A stretch of DNA of 52,439 nt, from the IMG/VR virus record IMGVR_UViG_3300031772_000049, positions 1 to 52,439 of that record; one strand, written 5' to 3'. Each line of letters begins with the position of its first letter. Position 1 is the stretch's first letter. The stretch is from a virus. Its lineage: Duplodnaviria > Caudoviricetes. Below the pieces are notes generated by a model. That model was not told the DNA's origin, made no database searches, and was given only the letters and a program-made list of their open reading frames with translations. This document shows positions 18,558 through 28,879 of this stretch, piece after piece. The position numbers and the translations under genes were made by a program.

Positions 18558-20059
18558 TGGCTATATCATTTAATAATATTCCCGACACTATACGCACGCC
18601 GGGAACGTACGTAGAAATCGACAATAGCCGGGCATTAAAAGGTCTTGCGGCTAATCCGCACAAAGTTTTAATACTCGGGCAAAAAATAGCGGCAGGGACA
18701 GCACCGGCTGAAACCGTTATGCAAGTGACAAGTGACGGTCTTGCCAATGGGTTTTTCGGTAATGGCTCAATCCTTGCGCGTATGTGCAACGTATTTAAAA
18801 AGAACAATCCGAATACTGAACTGCACGCAATGTGTTTATCCGTAACGGGCGGGACAGCCGCAACCGGGACACTTAAATTTGCATCAAGCTTTTCAGCGAC
18901 CGCAACGGCGGTATTTTATTTGATGATTAACGGTACAAAAGTTTACACCACCATTACGAGCGGATGGTCGGTAACGGATGTATGTTCAGCGATTAAAACA
19001 AATGTAAATGCTAATTCACAATTGCCGGTTATTGCGAGTAAATCTGCAAGCGCGGCGGGATCTGATCATATCGCTTTTATCGCGGTCAATTCCGGTACGA
19101 TGGGCAACTACATCGACATCCGATGGAATTATTATGCAGGGCAGTCTAATCCGGCACCCTGGTCGGTAGCTGCATTGTCTATGGCATCGGTTATGGGCGC
19201 GGGCGCAACAGACCCAGACCTCGGTGATGCGTGGGCGGTTGTTGACGGTATCCAGTATCAATACATTATTCAGCCTTACATTGTAGCCGCGAATCTGGTT
19301 GAAGTTGAAGACGAATTAGAAAGCCGGTTCGGTCCGATGATCGATCTTCAAGGTCAAGGTTTTACTGCGGTAAGGGCAACTCAAGCAAGCGCAACCACCC
19401 TCGGTAATTCCCGCAACTCACCGCACAATTGTATAATGGCAGCATATGATTCACCGACATGTCCTGAAGAATGGGCTGCGGCACTTGGCGCAGTAGCCGC
19501 ATACAATCTTAATCAAGACCCGGCAAGGCCTTTACATTATTTAAAGCTGAAGGGTATTCTTGCTCCCCCTGTGGCTAATAGGTTTTCACGGTCGGAAAGG
19601 GATTTATTATTGTATGATGGGATTGCAACTTTTATCACGGATACAAGCGATAATGTTTTGATTGAACGTTGTATCACTACATATCAAACTAATGCGGCGG
19701 GGTTGACTGATGCATCATATCTTGATGTACAGACACTTGCAACACTTAACGAGATACGGTATCAATTTAAAAATCGTATGGTATCACGTTTTATCATACC
19801 TCGTTTTAAATTGGCTGATGATACATTCCCCGTACAACCAGGGACATATATTGCAACACCAAAAACAGTTAAGCAGGAAGTTATTGCCCTGTTTGCAGAG
19901 TTAAGTGATGCGGGTCTGATTGAAAATTTAAGTGATTTTATTGAGAACGTATTAGTTGAGCGGGATGCGTCGGATGTGAATAGAGTAAATGTTCTATTGC
20001 CGCCAGACCTTGTGAACCAATTTTTAATTTTAGCTGGTCAAATCCAGTTCATCCTATAG
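18557..20059 (+). CDS. Contractile tail sheath (Mu gpL-like)
   Basis: ISFN.IP..IR.PG.YVE.DNS, DPARP, IER.ITTYQ.N..G..D.SYLD. Confidence 0.95.
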   Translation: MAISFNNIPDTIRTPGTYVEIDNSRALKGLAANPHKVLILGQKIAAGTAPAETVMQVTSDGLANGFFGNGSILARMCNVFKKNNPNTELHAMCLSVTGGTAATGTLKFASSFSATATAVFYLMINGTKVYTTITSGWSVTDVCSAIKTNVNANSQLPVIASKSASAAGSDHIAFIAVNSGTMGNYIDIRWNYYAGQSNPAPWSVAALSMASVMGAGATDPDLGDAWAVVDGIQYQYIIQPYIVAANLVEVEDELESRFGPMIDLQGQGFTAVRATQASATTLGNSRNSPHNCIMAAYDSPTCPEEWAAALGAVAAYNLNQDPARPLHYLKLKGILAPPVANRFSRSERDLLLYDGIATFITDTSDNVLIERCITTYQTNAAGLTDASYLDVQTLATLNEIRYQFKNRMVSRFIIPRFKLADDTFPVQPGTYIATPKTVKQEVIALFAELSDAGLIENLSDFIENVLVERDASDVNRVNVLLPPDLVNQFLILAGQIQFIL

Positions 20060-20069
20060 GAGGCATTAA

Positions 20070-20456
20070 ATGGCACGAATTACAGGTAGAGTTGAGGTGC
20101 TGGTTAATGGTACACTGCTACTAAATAAAACGGGTGCAAGTGCTTCCGGAATTGGTGTATCAGGCAAGCCAGCTTTTGAACGTAAAGAAGTATTAGGCGA
20201 CACCGGATTACATGGGGTTGTTGAAACCCCGGTAGTTGCGATGTGCGAAGTGAAAGTGACTGACCGCGATGATATCAAACTTGAAGACCTCGCGGCCATT
20301 AACGGTAATGGAACTATTATTTTCAGATCGGCGGGTGGCGGAAAAGTGTACACGATGAATGGCGCATATTGTACAAATAATATGAAGCTAACCGCAGGTG
20401 AGGGTGAGGTTGATTTAAAATTTATCGGTTCTTACTGGACTGAGAATAAAGGTTAG
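20070..20456 (+). CDS. Tail tube protein
   Basis: Follows the sheath; size and ..EGEV.LKF.G ending typical of Mu gpM-like tubes. Confidence 0.85.
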   Translation: MARITGRVEVLVNGTLLLNKTGASASGIGVSGKPAFERKEVLGDTGLHGVVETPVVAMCEVKVTDRDDIKLEDLAAINGNGTIIFRSAGGGKVYTMNGAYCTNNMKLTAGEGEVDLKFIGSYWTENKG

Positions 20457-20579
20457 GCATACAAGGCATGTATGGGGCGCAGACACAAAAAAAGCAAGCG
20501 CATAGAGACCTCCAAGTTCAATAGTTATTGTGATGATAAACCGTCTGCGCCCCATATTTTAAAAAGTAGTGAGGAAAAA

Positions 20580-20891
20580 ATGTCAGAAATAATTATTTTA
20601 AAATACCCCCTTCCTTTAAAATCAGAGAATGGACAAAAGTCATTTGTGTCTGAAATTACTATGGAACGGATGAAGGTTAAGCACTTAAAGCTTATTCCAA
20701 AAACTTTATTTGAAGCGGGCGCAGCGGGTAAGACAGACCCGACTGAATTTATACCTTTAATCGCGGGCCTTACCGGGCTCTCAGAGGAGACTGTGTCCGA
20801 ACTTGACGTGCAAGAAGATTTATTTCAAATCATACAGAGGTTGGAAAGTTTTTTCGGGCAATCGCCATCCCCGACAACTGGCGTGAGCTAG
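20580..20891 (+). CDS. Tail assembly chaperone (with -1 frameshift extension to 21013)
   Basis: Between tube and tape measure; in-phase slippery T TTT TTC at 20849-20855. Confidence 0.8.
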   Translation: MSEIIILKYPLPLKSENGQKSFVSEITMERMKVKHLKLIPKTLFEAGAAGKTDPTEFIPLIAGLTGLSEETVSELDVQEDLFQIIQRLESFFGQSPSPTTGVS

Positions 20892-21014
20892 TCTGGGCGT
20901 TGGCGTATCATTTTCATTTTTCACCGAACGACATCTTTAATTTCGATCTTGAATTTGATTTACCATTCTGGCTTGAGGGTCTCGACCAGGTAGCCGAATG
21001 GATGAAGGGATAAA

Positions 21015-22493
21015 ATGGCGTCAGATCAATTTAGTATTAGTCTAATAATAAAAGCAATCGACGAGATGACCGCGCCGTTACAACGGATGGCGGGTTCCCT
21101 TGGCAAATTTCAAGAGCATATGGACGCCAATGCTAAAAGATTTGAGTCGTTCAAAAAAATGGGTGAGGGAATGGTGTCGATGGGAGAGTCAATGACCAAG
21201 TATTTGACTTTGCCCATTATAGGTTTGGGCGGATTCGCTTTAAAAGCTGCGGGGGAATTTGAACAACTGGAAACATCTTTCGGTGTTTTTTTACAGAGTG
21301 AGGAAAAAGGTGCGGCACTTACAAAAGAATTAGTGAAATTGGGCGCGGCAACTCCATTCGAAACCCGTGACCTTGCGCAAGCAACTCAAGCACTTTTACA
21401 GAATGGAATTGCTCAGAAAGATATTGTCCCGACATTAACTATGCTCGGAGACGTTGCGGGGTCAAGTAACGAAAAATTACAACGGCTCGCGTATACCTTC
21501 GGTCAGGTATCTTTAAAAGGGAAAGCGGATGGCATGGATATCCGCGAATTTATAAACTCTGGATTTAATCCTCTTGCGGTACTGGCAAAAAAAGCTGGAA
21601 TTGATGTACAGACATTTACGGCCAAACTTGGTAAAAGCGGACTGACCGCTAAACAAGTCGGTGAAGCGTTTAAGATTGCAACCAGTCAAGGCGGTATGTT
21701 TTATCAGCACATGCTTAAACAATCAAGAACACTTTTTGGACTTATGAGTACATTTAGAGACGTAGTCAATATGGCACTTGCTGACTTTGGAAATGTGCTT
21801 ATGGATGTATTGGATTTAAGAAATAATCTTGCTGACTTTACAAAGATTCTTGGGGATTTCGGGGAATCATTAAAAGTTTTTTCTAAAGAAAATCCTACCC
21901 TTATGAAATTTATAATACTCATAGGCCTATTGGTCGCCGCAATCGGACCGTTAATTATGGGTCTTGGAATGCTCACCATTGCTATGACTGCATTGGTTGC
22001 ACATCCATTAGTATTGACAATTACTTTAATAACATTGGCAATCGCGGCTCTTGTCATTGGCATAATATGGTTATGGCGCAATTTTGATACTTTGAAAGAT
22101 CGATGGAATAATACAAGTGCTGCGGGAAAGGCTTTTTTATCTGTTCTATCCGCTATATTCTGGCCGATAACCGCGACCATCGCTGCGGTAAAAACCTTAC
22201 ATGACAATTTAGAAAATCTAAAAAAACTATGGGATTTATTCACAAATAACGCCCCGAATATAGGTGAAGACGTCGCAAACTCTGTCAATAGCGGAAAGAA
22301 ATTAGGAAAGCTTAATGTAGGCAACGCGATAACAAATCTTAACGCAAAGTCTAAAAATGATACGTATGTTGAAATTGTCGTGACCTCAGAGAAAGGGATT
22401 AAAACTGTGGTGCAAGATGTGAATACTACCGGGACATTAAAGCTTAAAGGAAATAATGGGAATACACTTCCAGCGAATACGGGGAGGGCTTAA
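21015..22493 (+). CDS. Tape measure protein
   Basis: TPFE..DL, LTMLGDVA, GQV..KGK core; hydrophobic C-terminal segments. Confidence 0.9.
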   Translation: MASDQFSISLIIKAIDEMTAPLQRMAGSLGKFQEHMDANAKRFESFKKMGEGMVSMGESMTKYLTLPIIGLGGFALKAAGEFEQLETSFGVFLQSEEKGAALTKELVKLGAATPFETRDLAQATQALLQNGIAQKDIVPTLTMLGDVAGSSNEKLQRLAYTFGQVSLKGKADGMDIREFINSGFNPLAVLAKKAGIDVQTFTAKLGKSGLTAKQVGEAFKIATSQGGMFYQHMLKQSRTLFGLMSTFRDVVNMALADFGNVLMDVLDLRNNLADFTKILGDFGESLKVFSKENPTLMKFIILIGLLVAAIGPLIMGLGMLTIAMTALVAHPLVLTITLITLAIAALVIGIIWLWRNFDTLKDRWNNTSAAGKAFLSVLSAIFWPITATIAAVKTLHDNLENLKKLWDLFTNNAPNIGEDVANSVNSGKKLGKLNVGNAITNLNAKSKNDTYVEIVVTSEKGIKTVVQDVNTTGTLKLKGNNGNTLPANTGRA

Positions 22494-23815
22494 TGACTTG
22501 GCGTGATAAATTATTCAAGGCGTCTTTTCGGGATGTGCCATTTGAGGTATCCGCATCCAGCGTTAAGTCCGGAAGACGGATTGTGCAAGAGGAACGTTTT
22601 CAGGCCCGCACAATCACCCGCGATATGGGGCCTGTACTTCCAATTTTTGATGTCGAGGCATACATCATTCAGGATGCGGTCGACCATGATTATTTTGATC
22701 GACGAAATAACTTAATCAGCGCCCTTGACAAATCCAGTGCGAATGAAAAAGATATTGGTACACTTATACATCCTTTTTTCGGGTCTAAAAAAGTTCATGT
22801 CGGGGAATATACCGTAGAGGAAACATTCGCCGAGGGTGGAATTGCAAAATTTCGGATTCAGTTTCAACTTGAAGAAGCTGAAATTTTCCCCGGCAAGACA
22901 AAGGATTTTAAAGGAAAGGTTGACACCCAGGCGGTCATATCGAATGCCCGGTGCTCTGATAATTTTTTTGACAAATTTGATTCTGGAGTATCATTTATCG
23001 AGTCTCAAGGGCGGGATGCTATATACGCATTGCAGCGCATTCAAACTTCTATAATCCGGGTAAACAACGCCGTTAAAAGCACCATAGCAACCGCACAAGG
23101 CATCGTATCCACTGCCATAAGTCAGATTAACGCCGCGTTGTCTAGCCCGTGCGATTTATACGATACAATCCTTGATGCCACAGACGCATGGAAAGTCATT
23201 GTGGGTATGGCAGGCGTGGTGGTTAAGTCTGGAATTATCGGTGGGTGCTCAGGCGAAGAGCGCACCACGGGCGTCACCCTGGACGGGGAAACAATACCCG
23301 AAAAATTAGGGGTGTCCATAGTTGAACAAATGATTTATGCTCAGGATTTTGATGAAACAAACCTCGGGTCCATCGCTGACGTACAAGAAGATAATCGCAA
23401 GATGCTTGTGAATATAATCAAGGCACAGGAGCTGATACTTGCAAGTCAAATGGCTATTCGTATTGAATATACGAGCCAAGAAAAAATGTTTTATATATTG
23501 AACTTATTAGCCGAGGCAATTGAGGAGTTTTTACTTCGCCTTGGCGGACAAACCACCATTGACACCAATGACATTTTTATAGCCCTTGAGGACTTGCGGT
23601 CGCTACTTTTTTCTTTATTGCTCGAAAAAGTATCAGAATTAAAACGTACAATTACCTATGAAGTGCCCAATGGCATTACATCGGTATTAACCGTGGCATA
23701 TGACCTATACGAGGACACCAACAGGGTCGATGAAATAATAGACCGTAACTATCCAGTAATAAGGCATCCGGGATTTTTACCGGGTGGTGATACTATATCG
23801 GTGCTTGAGGCATAA
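22493..23815 (+). CDS. Mu gpN-like DNA circularisation/tail initiator protein
   Basis: WRD.L..ASFR.VPF, G.L.HPFFG, AYDLY.D..R..EI..RN...HPGF. Confidence 0.9.
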   Translation: MTWRDKLFKASFRDVPFEVSASSVKSGRRIVQEERFQARTITRDMGPVLPIFDVEAYIIQDAVDHDYFDRRNNLISALDKSSANEKDIGTLIHPFFGSKKVHVGEYTVEETFAEGGIAKFRIQFQLEEAEIFPGKTKDFKGKVDTQAVISNARCSDNFFDKFDSGVSFIESQGRDAIYALQRIQTSIIRVNNAVKSTIATAQGIVSTAISQINAALSSPCDLYDTILDATDAWKVIVGMAGVVVKSGIIGGCSGEERTTGVTLDGETIPEKLGVSIVEQMIYAQDFDETNLGSIADVQEDNRKMLVNIIKAQELILASQMAIRIEYTSQEKMFYILNLLAEAIEEFLLRLGGQTTIDTNDIFIALEDLRSLLFSLLLEKVSELKRTITYEVPNGITSVLTVAYDLYEDTNRVDEIIDRNYPVIRHPGFLPGGDTISVLEA

Positions 23816-24885
23816 TGACTAGATCCGCGAACGTAAAAATGAAGGTTGGGAATTATGAGTTTGACCAATGGTCGGACATTATGATTAAAAAATCCATGGG
23901 ACAAATTTGTTCATCCTTTGGATTTTCTACGAATGAGTTTTCGAAAGGAGACTTGAAGCGATGGAAATTAAAACTCGGCGACGAGGTTAAAATATATATT
24001 GAGGATACCTTGGTGTGTACAGGGTGGCTTGAGAGCATACCTATGTCATACGATGCGACGACCAGGCATTATATACAATTTATTGGACGGGGTAAGACAT
24101 GTGATCTGGTTGATTGCATGTTCACCGAGACAAAGAATGAATGGAAAAACGTTTCCATGAAAAATATTATTACCGATTTATGTAATATTTTTAATTTGTC
24201 GGTAACCATCGATAGTACAGTAGCAAGCATCGTATCAAAACAAATTACCGAATACAAGGCTAATGAGGGCGAATATATTTATTTGTTGATCAATGATTTA
24301 TGTCGGTTATTCGGGATATTGCCCCTTGATAAAGGGGATGGAAAATTGACGCTGACCCGTTCGACAACCTCATCAAATACGGTTGACTCAATTGATGCGA
24401 CAAAAAACGTGTTAAAATCTTTTTTATATCAGGACAACTCTGAGCGATATAAGACATATAAGGTCAAGGGATGCGGGAATGGCGCGGGGACAAAACAATT
24501 AAAGGATTATATATCTCCATATGCCAGCGTCACGGATTCGGCAATCGATCGTACACGAACGTATACGGTATTATCAGAGCGGGCCACGGATAATGGGAAG
24601 TGTGAGGACCGGGCACGATATGAAGCGCGCATACGTGCGGGAAACTCCCGTGGATATCTATGCGAGGTATCATCGTTTATCCAGGGTGACCGCACCCCAT
24701 GGGACATCAATAAACTATGCCGGGTAAAAGATGATTTTTATGAAATTGAGGACACATTGTTAATATCGGACGTGACATTTACTATGTCGCAATCTGATTC
24801 TCAAAAGACGACATTATTTTTAGTGGATAAAGATACCTACTCAGGCAGTTCAGCGGACATTGATATTAAAACGGTATTAGGGTAA
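23815..24885 (+). CDS. Baseplate hub (Mu gpP-like)
   Basis: GR.KT.DLVDC, ER..TY.V.G, RA.YE...RAG. Confidence 0.85.
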   Translation: MTRSANVKMKVGNYEFDQWSDIMIKKSMGQICSSFGFSTNEFSKGDLKRWKLKLGDEVKIYIEDTLVCTGWLESIPMSYDATTRHYIQFIGRGKTCDLVDCMFTETKNEWKNVSMKNIITDLCNIFNLSVTIDSTVASIVSKQITEYKANEGEYIYLLINDLCRLFGILPLDKGDGKLTLTRSTTSSNTVDSIDATKNVLKSFLYQDNSERYKTYKVKGCGNGAGTKQLKDYISPYASVTDSAIDRTRTYTVLSERATDNGKCEDRARYEARIRAGNSRGYLCEVSSFIQGDRTPWDINKLCRVKDDFYEIEDTLLISDVTFTMSQSDSQKTTLFLVDKDTYSGSSADIDIKTVLG

Positions 24886-24886
24886 T

Positions 24887-25456
24887 ATGCAAGACATAGA
24901 CAGACTATTAACACCCATTAAAAATAAAATATTCCGCATAATCGGGCGCGGGATACTTGAGAAAGTCAAGTCATCCGAAAAGACGCAGATGATACAAATT
25001 ACCGGGTTGAAAGATGAAGTGGTTACGGATATTGAATGGTTGCAAACCTATGGTTACACCTGCTATCCAAAGGTTACGAACACGGCGGAGGCTTTAATCG
25101 CATACCTTAATGGCAACCGTGACCAGGGAATTGCCATTGCCGTGCATGACCGGGAAAAGCGACCGACTGACCTTGCATCAGGTGAGGTTTGTATTTATGA
25201 CCATAATGATAATCGAATTACCATAAAACAGAATGATGACATACATATATACTCAAAAAGTAAAATTAGACTAGAGACTCAAGCCGGGAATAAAATCACG
25301 ATGGATTCAACCGGGATTATAGTCGAAGATAAAAATAGTAATAAGGTAACCATGTCAAGTACCGGGATGAAATTAGAGGATAAAAACTCAAATACCATCG
25401 ACATGGTGGCGGCCGAGATCAAGTTCAACGGCACGAATATGGAAATTTTGCAGTAA
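24887..25456 (+). CDS. Baseplate spike (Mu gp45/gpV-like)
   Basis: Q.YG....P, GNRD, RP..L.SGEV.IYD. Confidence 0.85.
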   Translation: MQDIDRLLTPIKNKIFRIIGRGILEKVKSSEKTQMIQITGLKDEVVTDIEWLQTYGYTCYPKVTNTAEALIAYLNGNRDQGIAIAVHDREKRPTDLASGEVCIYDHNDNRITIKQNDDIHIYSKSKIRLETQAGNKITMDSTGIIVEDKNSNKVTMSSTGMKLEDKNSNTIDMVAAEIKFNGTNMEILQ

Positions 25457-25457
25457 G

Positions 25458-25835
25458 ATGGCAACTGAATTTATAGTAAATGAGAACTTTACGATTACCA
25501 TTGCGGCTGCGGGCGCGTGGGTGCCGGGGCCTGCGGCAGGACATACGTATAATAAAATCTTGACAACCAAGTCGAAGTGTGGTACAAAATTTATATTGAT
25601 TGGGCAATTTACCTGGACAGCGGTTGGATGTGCGCTTGCCGGGTACGTGTTCACGGGTGGCGGGGGTTCAATATCAACCACTGCTCAAAAGGTTTTATGT
25701 GAAACGCAAGCCCCTTATAGAGAGACAGATAATGGGAAATGCAGTGGGGTATTTACAAATTTTTTCGGTCCGGTGGGTTGTTCTTGTACTTTTACGTTTA
25801 CTAGTGCCGGACAAAGTAAGTGTAGGTGTAAATAG
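25458..25835 (+). CDS. Cys-rich putative spike-tip (PAAR-like) protein
   Basis: Follows the spike gene; Cys-rich; AGQ.K ending. Confidence 0.5.
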   Translation: MATEFIVNENFTITIAAAGAWVPGPAAGHTYNKILTTKSKCGTKFILIGQFTWTAVGCALAGYVFTGGGGSISTTAQKVLCETQAPYRETDNGKCSGVFTNFFGPVGCSCTFTFTSAGQSKCRCK

Positions 25836-26311
25836 TGGCAAGTGATATTAAACTCATATGGGACAATGACACGCAAGAGGCTGATATTGACTTTGGTGAT
25901 GAAGACCTTGTGCGCGAGAATGGTCTTGAGTCTGCGGTGATAATGTCCCTATTTACCGATCGCCGCGCGAAAGAAGATGACACCCTTGATGATAAAAATG
26001 ATCTGCGTGGATGGTGGGCCGACCGTCTGGACGTTGACGCCAATGATGATAAAATAGGGTCACGGATATGGCTGCTTGAACGGTCAAAAACTACAAACCA
26101 GACGATCGTGAAATTAAAAGAATATATTTTAGAGGCCCTTGACTGGATGGTTGAGGACGGCGTGGCGATGAAAGTTGATGCGGAAGTTGAACGCCAGGGC
26201 GACCCGGGAAATGATCGCCTTGCTTTTTCGGTTACTATTTATAAAATTGACGGGAATAACGAAACATATAAATTCGACGATTTATGGAATAATCAAATGG
26301 GAATAGGTTAA
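25835..26311 (+). CDS. Mu gp46-like baseplate protein
   Basis: AV.MSLFTDRRA, RGWWAD, GSR.WLL.R.K, EAL.WM..DG. Confidence 0.9.
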   Translation: MASDIKLIWDNDTQEADIDFGDEDLVRENGLESAVIMSLFTDRRAKEDDTLDDKNDLRGWWADRLDVDANDDKIGSRIWLLERSKTTNQTIVKLKEYILEALDWMVEDGVAMKVDAEVERQGDPGNDRLAFSVTIYKIDGNNETYKFDDLWNNQMGIG

Positions 26312-26314
26312 CAT

Positions 26315-27412
26315 ATGCCATTTACCAGACCCACATTACAACAAATTACTGATCGGATTGAAGCGGATTATAAAAGCCGGATTGACGGGGCGCAATCGTT
26401 TACACGCCGATCGGTTTTAAAAGTGACTTCAAGAGTATACGGGGCTGCGGTATATTTACTTTATGGATTTTTGAACTACATAAAAGATCAGCCGTTCGCC
26501 ACCACGGCAGACAGCGAATTTTTAGAAATAATTGGTAGCGAATTTGGCATATCTCGTAAGGCTGCAACCAAGGCAACCGGGACAGGAACGGCAACCGGCA
26601 CGGTAGGAAAGTCAATACCAATCGCCACACGATTATCATCAAACGCGGGTCAATATTATTTAATTGATGCTGAATACACAATCCCTGGCGCGGGGTCTAT
26701 AAGTGTAAATTTCACCGCAGAGACCGCAGGGGATGAAGGCAATGATGCGGGAAGCGTGGTATTATCATACGTGACACCAATCGCAGGGGTGGACACGACC
26801 ATTACGGCAACGACCGCCGGTATCTCGGGGGGTGTGGATGAAGAGTCAGACAATGATTTTAGGGGCAGGATATTAACACGCAAGCGGCAACCCCCACACG
26901 GCGGGGCTGATTTTGATTATGAGACATGGGCGTTGGAAGTATCTGGCGTCACGCGGGCGTGGTCATTTCCGCAGTATATGGGGCATGGCACTATAGGCCT
27001 GGCATTCGTGCGGGATAATGACTCGACGATCATCCCGAATGAAACTGAAATGGCAACGGTACGAGGTTACCTTGAGGCGCATTCCGATCCCCTGACAGGC
27101 ATTGAAGTGGGCATCCCCGTAACGGCTGACCCTGGGTTCTTCATGATTGATTTATCGTTATTATCGGTTGATTTTACAATTCAACTGACCCCAAATACGG
27201 CTGCGGCGCGTGCAGACATCACTTTAAAATTACAGGATTTAATTTTAGAACGTGGCGGGCCTGGTGAAACTATTTATTTGTCGGATGTATCAGCGGCCAT
27301 ATCATCCAGCGCGCTTGAAGTTGCGCATCGCATAAATAGCCCGTTGGTTGACATTGGAATTGCCATAAACCGGGTACCTGTACTTGGCACCATAACATGG
27401 AGTACGTATTAA
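26315..27412 (+). CDS. Baseplate J-like wedge (Mu gp47)
   Basis: GG.DEESD..FR.R....R.PP.GGA..DY..WA..V.GV.RAW. Confidence 0.92.
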   Translation: MPFTRPTLQQITDRIEADYKSRIDGAQSFTRRSVLKVTSRVYGAAVYLLYGFLNYIKDQPFATTADSEFLEIIGSEFGISRKAATKATGTGTATGTVGKSIPIATRLSSNAGQYYLIDAEYTIPGAGSISVNFTAETAGDEGNDAGSVVLSYVTPIAGVDTTITATTAGISGGVDEESDNDFRGRILTRKRQPPHGGADFDYETWALEVSGVTRAWSFPQYMGHGTIGLAFVRDNDSTIIPNETEMATVRGYLEAHSDPLTGIEVGIPVTADPGFFMIDLSLLSVDFTIQLTPNTAAARADITLKLQDLILERGGPGETIYLSDVSAAISSSALEVAHRINSPLVDIGIAINRVPVLGTITWSTY

Positions 27413-27413
27413 A

Positions 27414-28274
27414 ATGGGGCATTCTGCGGAAGAATACAAAAGCCTTTTAAAGTCACTACTCCCCAAAGGGCGTGCGTGGAGTCGCGCGATCACCGCAACG
27501 ATTGACCAATTATTATATGGCATGGCGGAAGAATTGGCACGGGTTGAAACACGAGGGTATGAATTTTTAACCGAAGCGTACCCTTCCCTTGCAACTGAAA
27601 TGATAACCGAGCACGAAACGGAATATGGAATACCTGAATACGGTCAAACGTTGCGGGATAATATCGCCGAGCGTAGAGCGGATATCGTTGCAAAATTAGT
27701 TTCCCGGGGACAGCAAGACAAAGAGTATTTTATTTTTATTGCTGAAAAGTTAATGTATATTGCGGTTATAGAAGAGTTTCGCCCCGCATGGTCTGGAATC
27801 GCACAATCAGGAGACGCATGTGGCCCACAAATAAATCTATTTTTTTGGAAAATGCGGGCGGATATTAACGAGCAGAAAGGTGATTTTTCAATTGATTTCG
27901 CGCCTGAAGAATTTACCTCATTGAATAAAGATGACATTGCGTATGTCATAGCGTTGACCCGTAAAATTGACACCCTTATTTTTCGCATAAATCAGATTAA
28001 GCCCGGCCATACGATGGCCTTATATGATTTTTATAGTGTTGCTTTTTCCCGTGGATTTTATTGGTCGTTCGATGCAATGCCAATTCATGACGGGCTTATA
28101 CCTTTTGAGATGTTAGACGTGGGGTTCGGCATCGATTTTGCATCGGTGGGAAATTATGATGGGACATACTTAAACGGCTCATTCGCGCCCTCTGTTTGTC
28201 TGTCTTTTGACAGGATGAACAGTGGGGCGTTTTTAATAGATGGATTCAGCGCGGAATTTTCCGCACCAAGATAA
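27414..28274 (+). CDS. Mu gp48/YmfQ (DUF2313)-like baseplate protein with Phe-rich C-terminal extension
   Basis: L..LLP.G.AW, E.E...G.P, IKPGHT. Confidence 0.8.
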   Translation: MGHSAEEYKSLLKSLLPKGRAWSRAITATIDQLLYGMAEELARVETRGYEFLTEAYPSLATEMITEHETEYGIPEYGQTLRDNIAERRADIVAKLVSRGQQDKEYFIFIAEKLMYIAVIEEFRPAWSGIAQSGDACGPQINLFFWKMRADINEQKGDFSIDFAPEEFTSLNKDDIAYVIALTRKIDTLIFRINQIKPGHTMALYDFYSVAFSRGFYWSFDAMPIHDGLIPFEMLDVGFGIDFASVGNYDGTYLNGSFAPSVCLSFDRMNSGAFLIDGFSAEFSAPR

Positions 28275-28290
28275 TTAAAGGAGGCCACAC

Positions 28291-28869
28291 ATGGCAGATA
28301 CGCAAAGAACTCGCGCGCAATTGCTGGCCCTGTTTGCGGATAATGTAACGGGACAAATTTCCGCGCAGGATTTAAGGGACTTTCAAGTCACAATGATGGA
28401 AAGTGAATTTGTAAACCCGGGTGATTTTTGGGCATTACCCGACGCCAAGTACATCACTACAGACAAATCGGCGAAGGGTTGGAAACAATATTCACAAGTC
28501 GCCGGGTCAGATTTTAGCTTTATGAATATTGTTTACCGTGATAATTCAACCGGATACTGGCAACGTGCAGACGTTGCGAATTCGGCTAAAAATGGGATGG
28601 TTGGTCTAGCAATGGATTCATACACATCAAACACTTCCACATGTATAATACTTTTAAAAGGCATTGTGTATGACTCGAGTTTTTCAACAACTTTTTCACG
28701 TCTTGTCGGTCGTCCGGTATATCTTGCATCTGGCGTGCCGGGGTCAATCACCACAACTATTACGACGAGCGTAATGATTGTCGGGTGGGTAGCACATTCT
28801 GACCTTCATGGCTATTCGGCAATTGGTAAATGGTTTTTTAATCCTAATTGGGCGATATTAGGCGTATAA
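28291..28869 (+). CDS. Hypothetical tail/virion protein
   Basis: RBS GGAGG; DN.TG.ISAQDLRD; G.PVYL....G.IT. Confidence 0.55.
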   Translation: MADTQRTRAQLLALFADNVTGQISAQDLRDFQVTMMESEFVNPGDFWALPDAKYITTDKSAKGWKQYSQVAGSDFSFMNIVYRDNSTGYWQRADVANSAKNGMVGLAMDSYTSNTSTCIILLKGIVYDSSFSTTFSRLVGRPVYLASGVPGSITTTITTSVMIVGWVAHSDLHGYSAIGKWFFNPNWAILGV

Positions 28870-28879
28870 AGGAGACATT

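Noticed and set aside
21704-22324. 206-aa antisense ORF and other short antisense ORFs in the track
   Set aside because: Shadow frames of well-supported genes on the opposite strand
17631-28274. Mu-like transposable phage
   Set aside because: Only the tail is Mu-like; there is no MuA/MuB transposase and the phage has its own polymerase and primase
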